Source: Cladosporium halotolerans (lineage: Eukaryota). Taken from it: a stretch of DNA of 64,000 nt. The DNA lies in contig NW_027191453.1 in assembly GCF_011745625.1 (NCBI RefSeq), positions 372,001 to 436,000 of the forward strand, in the 5' to 3' direction. The notes under the pieces are model-generated. The model was not told where the DNA came from. It searched no databases and saw only the letters and a list, made by a program, of their open reading frames with translations. Within the stretch, counting starts at the first letter, position 1. Each line of letters opens with the position of its first letter. The position numbers were made by a program, and so were the translations under genes. Shown in pieces: positions 1 through 10,676 of the stretch.

Positions 1-252
1 TTTAAAATACCATTGCATGTCTATGAAGAGCCAAGAAGTTATATGCAGTGTTATTTGAACGAATTCGATCAGGCTGTCTCATTGAGATTGCCACAAAGTT
101 TTGGACGCATTGGGATTGCTTCGCCATACCTGCCGTTTCTGCGGCCGATGCATGAGTTGCACTAGGAGCGACCGTGTCTGGCGTAAGCATGTGACTTCGC
201 GTTTGCAGCGTTGCACGCATCTTCAGTCTTGCATACTACCTTGGCCCGCCAT
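1..252 (-). CDS. Possible 5' end of an intron-containing gene divergent from RAD3
   Basis: AAAATGGCG-like context (AAATGGCG) at 252, donor-like sites at 239/236 and 129, acceptor at 178, giving MAGQ...TVAPSATHASAAETA; no family recognised. Confidence 0.22.
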
Positions 253-479
253 TTAGGCATCAACGTGCTCTTTCGACTCATCGCATAACCCACCCCGAGG
301 CCATTGAGAATATAAAACGGCAAGCAGCCTCCGAACAGCTTGATCCTCAGCAAAGCTCTCTCGCCACATTTATGGCATATTCGCGATTGAAGGATTGAGC
401 GAGAAAAGGCCCTTTGTGGGCCGATTTGGTGCCCTCTTTAATTCTCTTCTCTACGACGACCACTCGCTAAGCAGTCACC

Positions 480-2873
480 ATGAAGTTCTTCATTGGCGAC
501 CTGCCGGTCCTCTTCCCGTATCCTCGAATCTATCCTGAGCAATATGCCTACATGTGTGATCTCAAGCGCACGCTAGATTCGGGCGGACACTGTGTTCTGG
601 AGATGCCTTCAGGGACTGGCAAGACAGTGTCGCTGCTGTCTCTGATTGTCGCATATCAGCAGTTCTATCCGGAGCACAGGAAGCTTATCTACTGCTCGAG
701 AACCATGTCTGAGATCGAGAAGGCCCTGGCGGAGCTCAAGGCTTTGATGAAATATCGAGCAGATCAGCTAGGTGAGGTGGAAGACTTCAGAGCCTTGGGT
801 CTCACGAGTCGAAAGAACCTGTGCCTGCACCCGTCTGTGAAGCGGGAAAAGAGCGGTTCAGTGGTTGATGCACGTTGTCGAAGTCTGACAGCAGGTTTCG
901 TCAAAGAGAAGAAAGAGCGTGGTGAAGATGTGGAGCTCTGTGTCTACCACGAAAACTTGGATCTCCTCGAGCCCCATAATCTTTTGCCCACCGGAGTCTG
1001 GACGCTCGATGGCATGGCTCGATACGGTGAGCAACACAAGCAGTGCCCTTACTTCACGTCCAGACGCATGATGCCCTTCTGCAACGTCATCATCTACTCC
1101 TACCATTATCTCCTTGACCCAAAAATCGCGGAACGAGTGTCCAAAGAACTCTCCAAGGACTGCATAGTCGTGTTCGACGAGGCACACAATATCGATAATG
1201 TGTGCATTGAGTCCCTCAGCATAGACTTGACAGAGGATTCATTGAGGAAGGCTGCCAGAGGTGCATCGAATCTGGAGCGCAAGATCTCCGAAATGAAAGA
1301 CACGGATGCTCAGAAACTACAGAATGAGTACTCAAAGCTTGTAGAAGGCTTACAAGCGGCCGACGAAGCGCGTGACGAAGGAGCTTTCATGTCAAATCCA
1401 GCTCTGCCAGATGATCTTCTCAAGGAGGCTGTTCCTGGAAACATTCGTCGGGCTGAACATTTCACCGCATTCCTCAAACGTTTCATCGAGTATCTGAAGA
1501 CCAGGATGAAAGTTCTGCACGTCATTTCCGAAACTCCGCCTTCGTTCCTTCAACATCTCAAAGAGCTTACCTTCATTGAGAAAAAGCCGCTGCGATTTTG
1601 CGCCGAACGCCTCACATCACTGGTGCGAACACTGGAGCTATCCAACATTGAAGACTACCAGCCGCTACAAGAAGTCGCTTCTTTCGCAACCTTGGTTGCC
1701 ACTTACGATACTGGATTTCTCCTCATCTTAGAGCCTTACGAATCGGACACTGCGACTGTACCCAACCCTATTCTACACTTCACATGTCTTGACGCGGCAA
1801 TCGCCATCAAGCCTGTCTTGGAAAGATTCAGCTCAGTGATCATCACATCGGGAACCATCTCGCCGTTGGAGATGTACCCTAAGATGCTTGGATTCAACAC
1901 GGTTGTGCAAGAGTCATATGCTATGACTTTGGCGAGAAGGTCATTCTTGCCCATGATTGTGACGAGAGGCTCGGATCAAGGCTCGATGTCATCAGGATTC
2001 CAAACGCGCAACGATCCTTCGAACGTACGAAACTATGGCAGTCTCTTGGTCGAGTACTCCAAGCTGACGCCTGATGGGATCGTCGTCTTCTTCCCCTCCT
2101 ACCTTTACATGGAAAGCATCATTTCAATGTGGCAAGGAATGGGGATTTTGGACCAAGTCTGGAAGAATAAGCTCATCCTGGTGGAGACGCCTGACAGCCA
2201 GGAGACATCTCTGGCGTTGGAAACATATCGCACAGCGTGCAGCAATGGCAGAGGCGCCGTATTGCTTTGTGTCGCCCGTGGAAAAGTCTCCGAGGGTATC
2301 GATTTCGACCATCATTATGGACGGACCGTGCTTTGCATAGGCGTGCCCTTCCAGTACACCGAGTCGCGCATCTTGAAGGCTCGCTTAGAATTTTTGCGCG
2401 AGACGTACAGAATCCGAGAGAACGACTTCTTATCTTTCGACGCGATGCGCCACTGTGCGCAGTGCCTGGGACGCGTCTTGCGTGGCAAGGACGACTACGG
2501 AATCATGGTGATGGCAGACAAGAGGTTCGCGAAGAAGCGAAATCAGCTGCCGAAATGGATATCCAGCGCCCTGATGGAGAGCGACTCCAACATGTCTGTG
2601 GATCAATCGGTGGCGACCGCTAAGAAGTTCTTGAAGACCATGAGCAAGCCATTCCCGGCGCGAATGCAGGATGGCGTCAGTACGTGGTCTTATGAGGATT
2701 TGATGCAGCACAAGGGCAAGATTGACGCGGAGCGTCAATTGGATGGGCCTATGAACGGCGATGCAGATGCGTACAACATGCACGGCGATCAGATCATGAA
2801 TGAGGCACAGGGCGCAGACGGCATGGATGTTGACGCGGATTTCGATGCTGCTATGAACAGTATGGATGTGTAA
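480..2873 (+). CDS. RAD3: TFIIH/NER 5'-3' DNA helicase XPD (Rad3/Rad15), apparently intronless, 797 aa
   Basis: Walker A EMPSGTGKT, Fe-S cysteines (NLCLHP...DARC...LCVY...QCPY), DEAH box (VVFDEAHNID), GKVSEGIDF and QCLGRVLRGKDDYG motifs. Confidence 0.98.
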   Translation: MKFFIGDLPVLFPYPRIYPEQYAYMCDLKRTLDSGGHCVLEMPSGTGKTVSLLSLIVAYQQFYPEHRKLIYCSRTMSEIEKALAELKALMKYRADQLGEVEDFRALGLTSRKNLCLHPSVKREKSGSVVDARCRSLTAGFVKEKKERGEDVELCVYHENLDLLEPHNLLPTGVWTLDGMARYGEQHKQCPYFTSRRMMPFCNVIIYSYHYLLDPKIAERVSKELSKDCIVVFDEAHNIDNVCIESLSIDLTEDSLRKAARGASNLERKISEMKDTDAQKLQNEYSKLVEGLQAADEARDEGAFMSNPALPDDLLKEAVPGNIRRAEHFTAFLKRFIEYLKTRMKVLHVISETPPSFLQHLKELTFIEKKPLRFCAERLTSLVRTLELSNIEDYQPLQEVASFATLVATYDTGFLLILEPYESDTATVPNPILHFTCLDAAIAIKPVLERFSSVIITSGTISPLEMYPKMLGFNTVVQESYAMTLARRSFLPMIVTRGSDQGSMSSGFQTRNDPSNVRNYGSLLVEYSKLTPDGIVVFFPSYLYMESIISMWQGMGILDQVWKNKLILVETPDSQETSLALETYRTACSNGRGAVLLCVARGKVSEGIDFDHHYGRTVLCIGVPFQYTESRILKARLEFLRETYRIRENDFLSFDAMRHCAQCLGRVLRGKDDYGIMVMADKRFAKKRNQLPKWISSALMESDSNMSVDQSVATAKKFLKTMSKPFPARMQDGVSTWSYEDLMQHKGKIDAERQLDGPMNGDADAYNMHGDQIMNEAQGADGMDVDADFDAAMNSMDV

Positions 2874-3543
2874 GAGTAGATTGCCAAATGAGAAATTGGA
2901 TCATTACACGGAGCCGAGCACCAGCGGGGCTACTACTAATAAGGCTTGACAAGCGCGTATATGAATAGATTTCGAGTACGATGTGCCAATATGCTTTCTT
3001 CGAATTTCGAGGTTCATATATTGTGTCATTCAATGAGACATACGAACAGCCTTATTGCTTAGGCCAGTCCAATATGCCTTTCATACTGCGTTGTTTTGCG
3101 AGGATGCAAAAAGACCGCGAAGCTTCCAAGCGAGCCGTAACCACAGCGCTAAGAAGCGACTACGTTTCACAATTCCTCGAGCAATCTACACCACACAAGC
3201 GAGAAACATAAGCATTTCTTGGCCTTGCAGTCTCCCCCTTCTTCTGCCGGCAATCCCAGGTGTTTCCAATCTGTAGGCCCTACGGAGCCCTAGCCAATTT
3301 TCAGGTAATCTCGTCCTATAGTATGCGGGCCGCCACGGCCGTCGCCAGCGTTTCAACATCCGCCGTCGTTTATGGAGGCGATCCTTGCTGTGCGAGTATG
3401 TAAGGCTGTTTCGCCTTTGCTTTGCTTGTATTCACCAAGCCTTCTACACCTTTCTTGTATTCCGAATTCAACAGTAGGCAGAGCCGCTGACTTTGAGAGC
3501 AAGTTGATCTTGCCCGTCCATTCATTCACAAATACTATACACG

Positions 3544-4578
3544 ATGGTTTCTTCCGCCGCACTCCTTGCCTTGATCGGCTCTGTCTCTGCTGAGGTCATC
3601 TGGGATGGTCGTGCCAACGACTACGCCGACAGCTCGTTCCTCGACAAGTGGTCTTGGTCCAGCCAGGTCGGCCCCTACCAGTGGTACATTCACGGCTCCG
3701 GTGAAACGAGCTCCTACGTCAACCTGAACAGCGACTACAAGAACCCTGCCGATACCGGCTCCAAGCAGGGTATCCAGATCACCAACGACAAGACCTCCTC
3801 ATGGAACGGCCAGACTATGCTCCGCACTGAGCTGATCCCTCAGACCACCGAGGCCATCAACAAGGGCAAGGTCTACTACCACTTCTCCATGCAGCACTCC
3901 GGCACCAACCCGCCGTCCCCCTCTGGAGAGCACCAGATCAACTTCTTCGAGAGTCACTTCACCGAGATGAAGTTCGGCGCCTCGGGCGGCTCTGACAACA
4001 ACCTCCACTGGTACGCTGGCGGCGAGTCGCAATGGAAGGCGGAGTTGACCAAGGACACCTGGCACAACGTCGCTTACGGTATCGACTTCGACGCCGGCAC
4101 CGTCGAATTCTACCACAGCACTGGTGCCGACGCGCTCGAGAAGACCGCTGGCCCCATCACTGCTGACACCCAGTCCAACGGCGCTGACTGGCATCTTGGT
4201 GTGCTTCGTCTCACCAACGACGGCTCGACCGAGGACTGGCACTTCTCTGGTGTGTACATCGAGAGTGGCGATCTGACCACTTCAGTTGTCAGCCCTGGTG
4301 GCTCGACCTCTGCGCCGGCGGCTTCTGGTGCTTCTGAGGGAAGCAGCAGCAGCGTCACCAGTGCGGTTCGTGCCCCGGCATCCACTGCTGCCGCTTCCGC
4401 TGCTTCTTCTGCTGCTACCTCTGCGGCCTCCTCTCCTGTTTCCTCTGCGGTCTCTTCCGCCGTCTCCTCTGCCGCGGCTTCTCCTGCCTCTTCCCAGGCG
4501 GCTGCCACCACGAGCTCTGCCGTCACCTCTTCTATGGAAGCCGAGAGCTCGTGCGTGGTTGAGTACGTCTACGTTTAG
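3544..4578 (+). CDS. Secreted glycoside hydrolase family 131 beta-glucanase with Ser/Ala-rich tail
   Basis: Signal peptide MVSSAALLALIGSVSA; GH131-type sequence IWDGR...WSWSSQVGPYQWYIHG...MLRTELIP...EHQINFFESHFTEMK...SNGADWHLGVL; low-complexity S/A/T tail. Confidence 0.88.
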   Translation: MVSSAALLALIGSVSAEVIWDGRANDYADSSFLDKWSWSSQVGPYQWYIHGSGETSSYVNLNSDYKNPADTGSKQGIQITNDKTSSWNGQTMLRTELIPQTTEAINKGKVYYHFSMQHSGTNPPSPSGEHQINFFESHFTEMKFGASGGSDNNLHWYAGGESQWKAELTKDTWHNVAYGIDFDAGTVEFYHSTGADALEKTAGPITADTQSNGADWHLGVLRLTNDGSTEDWHFSGVYIESGDLTTSVVSPGGSTSAPAASGASEGSSSSVTSAVRAPASTAAASAASSAATSAASSPVSSAVSSAVSSAAASPASSQAAATTSSAVTSSMEAESSCVVEYVYV

Positions 4579-4821
4579 AAGTTAGCTGTCAAGTAAACGT
4601 CTGGGGGGCTCGCTCTGTTCACTGATGTGGAGGCTGCGTAGCATGTGTGACAGCATCAAAGCAAACATGGAGAAGATACCGATTCAATAATAGACTCTAT
4701 CTTGTGCAGACATGCGTTCAACTCCGTTTTGTTTCCGGATGGCCGTCATTCCCAAGCATGCTATGCAGGCATTGGCTTTCATGCCAGAGCCATTGAATGT
4801 TTCGCGAGTTTTCCGCCATCA

Positions 4822-4829
4822 TATAAATA
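4822..4829 (+). promoter_or_regulatory. TATA box upstream of the secreted Cys-rich gene
   Basis: TATAAATA about 65 bp upstream of ATG 4895. Confidence 0.5.
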
Positions 4830-4894
4830 CCGGTGCTATACCTAGCATCGGCTCCATCAACTAGGTAGCAGAGACCACCCTATTTCCAAGCATC

Positions 4895-5866
4895 ATGCTT
4901 GTCGCTTCAACAATACTGACAATCATGGGACGGCTCGCTGGCCTCGCCTTCGGCGCACCCACCGAGCTCTCTGTCCTCGATAACGACTTCAACGGATTTT
5001 TCAAGATGTGCACGCAGACCCATTGGGACGGCATTTGCCAATCGCCAGGTTGGAAGACCAAGGCGTGTTGTCGGTCACCCGGAGTTCTACAAGCCTAGCA
5101 GACAGCGGAAGCTAACCATCACTCATAGATCCTCTGCCACCTGCATTTGATGGTGTTGTCTTGTCCGCGACACCATGGGAAGGATCGAACGCCGTCTGTT
5201 GGCTTTACCTGTATTTCAACCCCACCTTTTCGTTGTCATGCAAAGACACTCCATAAGGCTGACAAGCATTTAACGGGGACAAGTGCGAGCATGCTCATGT
5301 GGATAGAATCTCGTACCCAGGTGTCGACGACATGACGCGGGATGGCATATTCATGATCCACGATATCGGGAGCTGGAAGTGTGACTGCGGCGAAAATTGC
5401 AAGATCGCGGTAAAAGCGCCTCCTGCAGCGAGTAACGAGGTGGTCAAGAGGACAGGTCTTGTCACTGGGCAGTTCACGATGTGTCCTGGTCCTCTTTGGG
5501 GCGGTGGATGTGAGACGGTCGATTACACCAATAGGACATGCAGTCGGTAGACTCCTATAGAGAACATCGGAGCGAGCTGACTTGCCTACAGACCCGCTTC
5601 CGGCTTCCCTGAACTCCTGGGTGCAGTCCGCTAGTCCACACGAAGGGCAAGATGGAGTATGCACTCTGTATCGGTACGGACATCCGAATTCTTGGCACAG
5701 AGCCATGAGCCTCAGCTAATTGTACGATAGTGAGGACGGGTGTCGGGGTGGCAGCACTGCACCCTTGACCTATCCGGGCATTTCGAACTTCGAGACTGAT
5801 GGCATTTATGGCCCGTTCAGGAGCTGGATGTGCTTTTGTCCGTACGGAGACTGTGGCTCAGCTTGA
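4895..5866 (+). CDS. Secreted two-domain cysteine-rich protein (beta/gamma-crystallin-like repeat), about 247 aa, 5 exons; possibly a splice-defective allele
   Basis: Manual splicing gives exons 4895-5069, 5129-5210, 5274-5542, 5592-5673 and 5731-5866. The product is a signal peptide plus two homologous 8-Cys domains separated by VVKR. The intron 2 acceptor reads TAA (5271-5273) instead of TAG. Confidence 0.8.
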
Positions 5867-6229
5867 GGTGGTTCTTGACGAGATCAACTAGTTTCCAATG
5901 CCTTGCTGGTAGCTGAATGTAGTCGGTGACAATTATTGGAAGTTCCATCGTCCTTGTGTCGGTGGTGGTGCCCGGCGTCAAAATGACCTCATCCAGTCGA
6001 CGGTGGCTGAAAGAACCATCACCATTGCGGTATACAAGTAGAGAGGTAGTCTGATACAATTGCATCAGATCACGCCTCCATCAGCAAGTTCCCGCACGAC
6101 CGAGAGGCGCATGGTGAGCCAAGTGCCATGGCTTTGGCCCGTTCGTGCGGCGCTCACATGCAATGTGGAGAGAGAGGGAGACAGGGCTTGGCTTCAGCAC
6201 GGCCGCCCAGCTCGCTGCCAGACGCCGAG

Positions 6230-6235
6230 CCGAGG
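6230..6235 (+). promoter_or_regulatory. Possible FarA/FarB-type fatty-acid response element (CCGAGG)
   Basis: CCGAGG about 250 bp upstream of a carnitine carrier. CCTCGG/CCGAGG is the Aspergillus FarA core site, but a single hexamer is weak evidence. Confidence 0.3.
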
Positions 6236-6483
6236 TTCGTCATCACGGCCGAGAGCTGGCCTGCCACGGTTGTGGGCGCGCAGGAGTTCTTCGGCAGAAG
6301 AAACACACCAGCACGATTTCTCCCGCCTTACTCACTGTGAACAATTTATCACTCGCATTATTTGAGTCAGCGTTTCTCCCTGGCTTCAGTCGTGTCCTGC
6401 TGTAGCTCAGCGGCATCTTCACACCCTCCATACAATCAGCCCTGACATCGCTCAACCCGCAAGCCAAAGACAGAACAGACACC

Positions 6484-7614
6484 ATGTCTTCTCCCAAAGA
6501 CGTTGTCGAGAAGCTTCCCTCGGCGGAAGAGCTAAAGGAAGATGTCGCAAAAGCAACGGCCAAGTCGTTCCAGAGCATACGCGACTTTGTCGCCGGTGGT
6601 GCAGGCGGTGTCTGCGCCGTGGTGGTGGGACACCCGTTCGACTTGGTCAAAGTACGAATGCAGACGGCCGAAAAGGGTGTATACAGCGGTGCTATGGACG
6701 TGGTCAAGAAGACCGTTGCTAAGGAGGGCTTGGGAAGGGTCAGTCTGAAACTCGTCAGAGGCGGTGCTGAGCAGTGAAGGCTGACGAGATATAGGGCTTG
6801 TATGCGGGCGTTTCTGCGCCATTGGTCGGTGTAACGCCGATGTGTAAGTCCATCGTAGCCCGAAATTGCTGAACAGGATCTCACTAACACTATACAGTTG
6901 CTGTTTCATTTTGGGTATGATCCTCAAAACAGGCCACCTTCAGGCAATCTCTAACACGTCACACAGGGCTACGGTGTTGGCAAGCAACTCGTCGAATCCG
7001 TTTCGACCGTGAAAGATGGGCAATACTCTGTTGGACAAGTCAGCGCCGCCGGCTTTTTCTCCGCTATTCCCATGACTCTGATCACCGCACCCTTCGAGCG
7101 CGTAAAAGTCCTCCTGCAGATCCAGGGCCAGAAGCAGCTGGCACCGGGCGAGAAGCCCAAATACTCTGGCGGCATGGATGTCGTGCGCCAGCTGTACAAG
7201 GAGGGTGGCATCCGTTCCGTCTACCGGGGCTCGGTCATGACGCTGGCCCGCGACGGACCTGGCTCTGCAGCCTACTTTGCGACTTACGAGACGATCAAGC
7301 GCCGCCTGACACCCAAGGACGAGAACGGCAAGCCCGGTGAGCTTAGCATTACTGCTGTCATGGCGGCTGGCGGTGCGGCCGGTGTTGCCATGTGGATCCC
7401 TGTTTTCCCCGTCGACACGATCAAGAGCAGGCTGCAGAGCGCGGAGGGCAACCCCACCATTTCCGGCACGATCAAGCAACTGTACGGCCGTGGAGGCGTT
7501 GGTGCTTTCTTCCCTGGTATTGGGCCGGCGATGGCGAGAGCAGTGCCGGCCAACGCCGCAACATTCTTGGGCGTGGAACTGGCCCACCAGGCTCTGAACA
7601 AGATGCTCGGATAG
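6484..7614 (+). CDS. CRC1: Mitochondrial carnitine/acylcarnitine carrier (AcuH/Crc1-like)
   Basis: Three carrier signatures (HPFDLVKVRMQ, APFERVKVLLQ, FPVDTIKSRLQ), RDGPGSAAYF and RAVPANAATF. Introns 6739-6794, 6844-6897 and 6914-6966 flank a 16-nt microexon. Confidence 0.93.
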
Positions 7615-7757
7615 AAAGGTCTCTCGAATTTAGCGAAGCATGTCTGGCGTTTCTTCACAAGAGGACGAGGAGGCTCAAATATACATGGATGGGTTGCCTC
7701 ACGAAAGACGAATTGATCATCATTTTCAACACGATACGCGCTTTTGTACAAATATCA

Positions 7758-9168
7758 TCACACTGTGCTATGGATCTCTTGCGCCTTCATGATTGCCGTC
7801 GAAATATCCTGCGAGCTTGGCCATTGCCGGCTATGCTGGCTGTCAGTCCGCGCCGGATGGCTACCACTGCGTGCCTCCTTCATTGACCGCGACCCAAACG
7901 TGTACGTCGGACTCACCGATCGAGCAGGCATTTCAGGTGGCTCCGGCGTACGGTCTCTCGAACTTCTCTCAGTCAATACCTGCATGTCTATCGCCTCGGC
8001 CTCTTTGTCTCGAACAGAATTGGCGTGCTTGTCCGTTGTCGAGCGATACCCTTCACTGCGGGTGCGAGTCCTACTTCTCGAGCTGGAGTTGAAGGTCCTC
8101 GAGAAGACGCCGGAAAGATAGCGGCGGAAGAAGGCTCGTAGGGAGGGTGCGCAGGCGCAGATGATGCCCAGCTGCAGCTCGATGATCGTCCACACCAGGA
8201 GGTCGAAGCCAGTCCAGCTGGTGTCGTAGGTTTCGCCGAGCTTTATGAGGTAGTATGTGCGTCCTACGCCGGCGCCTGCGACACTTTGAGGGATCAGTAT
8301 TTGGTTGTTGTGAATTCGTGAGAGATACACTTACAGTAGGCCTAGTGTGAAGATGATGTTCAGACCGATTTTCTGACTTCGAGGCACGTCCAGGTCATAG
8401 TAGTGCAAGATGATAAACGGTAATGCGACCGCGTACACGTCGCTGACGATGCTAAGGACTCCAATGACCGGGTTGAGGCCCGCTGCAGGAGCACAAGTAT
8501 ATTCTCCATCCCAATCAAAGTCGTAACTCAGCCAGTACGCCTGCAAGGGTCGACAAACCAGGACGTAGCCGAGAGTGATGCCGATGAGGTAAAGCGCATG
8601 GAAAACCAGTGCGAAATAGATGGCGTATCTCCATCGTCTGGCGAGTGTACCAGTTACCAAGCGGCGGTAGAATAGCAGGACTGATGCTTTTGTAGCGCCA
8701 GAGCCAACGAGCATGAGGACTTGGAGAATCCAAGCGTACTTTTTCATAGCTGTCAGTATTCGAACCGCGATCAGGAGACCTGGGACACTGACCATTGCAG
8801 CGCCTGAGAACAGCTTGACGTTCACGTCCCATGTATGTCGGTCAACACCATAATGAGCAGTAAGAACCCAAGCACAGGCAGTGAAGGTAACCGAGCTCAT
8901 CTTCGAAAAGGTATGATATCAGTTTGTCTGTCTTTTCACTACGACATTAGACACTTACCCAGGCTATGAGCATGAAAGCATCGTCGTATCCGAACGGTCC
9001 AGCCAATCGTCTCATACGAAGGTAAAAACGGCCCCAAACCAACACTGAGGAGGCGACTTGCCAGATCATGGCGAAAGCAGGCATCCAGGCTCGTCGTTCC
9101 GGATCTACGTAATTCGGTTTAGGCCAACTCGCAAGGACCGATGCCGGAATCTCCTGGATGTTTCCCAT
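7758..9168 (-). CDS. PTH11-like (fungal rhodopsin-domain) integral membrane protein without CFEM
   Basis: SWPKPNYVDP, RFYLR...GYDD, YGVDRHTWDV, KASVLLFYRRL, CRPLQAYW, SDVYAVALP and IELQLGIICACAPSLRAFF. Introns 8958-8901, 8792-8739 and 8334-8284. Confidence 0.88.
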
Positions 9169-10676
9169 TGTCGTCGTTGCCAGCTGAGAATCGTGGACTC
9201 CTTTTCAAAACGTGCCGTATTTCGTGGACGGTTTTGAAACAAGAAGTACATGCGCCTTTGTCAGGAAATCATGCAGGGAATGTCACGCAAAGGACATGCG
9301 CCAGCGAATGTCCTGCAGTCAATGACGAAAACTCACAACCAGCCTTGCATGCAAACACAGCAGGGCGAGGAACATTAGTACGAGTCGGGGCCGGTGAATA
9401 CGAATCCTCGAGCGAAAGCATGTCCCCCCACGGATATAGGCATGGGTGGCTGCCCGCCTGGTCTCACAAAGATCTCATACAAATGGCCGCCAATCGCGAG
9501 CAAGTGGGGCGGTGCCGAACAACCACATGCGGCGCCCGCATTTCTACGGCCCTGCCATGCGGCCTGCAATGCAGCTGTAACAGACGCCATCCAGATTACC
9601 TTCTCTCGCCACCGATCGAGCGAGCGCCTTGGAGCTGACAGCCGAGGCCCGCCGACCACTCGATCGGGGGACCTGAAGCAGCAAGATCCGATGCGTCCTG
9701 CACGTTCTGCCATCTTCAGATGCTGCGCCGGATCGATTGAGGTCGCAGATGGATCGCCTGGCGGGTCTGCATATGGGGTCCCTGGACCAATATCCGCCGC
9801 GGCCCTCTCCTTCCGTGTCCCAAGCCGCAGGCCGTCCCGATGATGTCCAAGCAGCTAGGAGCGTGGCTGGGATCTAGGCTGAGTTCAGCCTATGGGCGCA
9901 GGGCGGGACTGGGATCCTGCATCCTCGCGAGACTCTATCTGAAACTTGAAGGGCGGTAGATTGAAAACGATATGCAAGTAGCTCGATGCACGTGGCATGC
10001 GTTTGCAGAGCAGCGCCATCGTGAATTCATACAGGCATTCACCGATCAATCGCCGAGCGACGTGTGCTTTCGAGCCAGATGGAAGAAGAAAGAGCTTATA
10101 TGGGCATTGCGCAAGTCTAATTGTTTTCGTCGACACGTTGGGCATCAAGGATTGTGAGGGCGCCCATGACTCGCGAGACCGGAGCTGAACATGAGATCAC
10201 GCTTGTCAACTTCTTCGGCTGCGGCGCATTTGGTCCGCCAATAGTGACATCAAGCCCGAAACAAAAGACCGTCAATGGGGATTCCAGATCAGCGAGAGAC
10301 CCGTACCGTGTTGTGCCGCCCTTTGCTGGTGTGTTGTAATTCTATTCCTAAACATCGCCAAGTAGCGATGTTCCTGCATATCACGACTCTTGGGCATCAT
10401 GCGTTTGCGCAAGGACTGTGTGAAGATACCTCTGTCCACTACAAGCGCGGATAGAAGGTCAATACGTTTTATCATTCATAATTAATTACTGGATTTCGAA
10501 GTTGGGATGCCATCCTGCAGTTCAGCTCGCTGCTCGAGCGAACTGCCGATGCGACCTAGACGATGCATTTTTTGAGTTTCGTACCTGCCGTCTTCCCCAA
10601 GCTTTCTCCTCACTCATGCAGCGTCCACAAACCTTCACGATTCATGACCAGCCGCAGCAAAGCACATCTCGCTATT

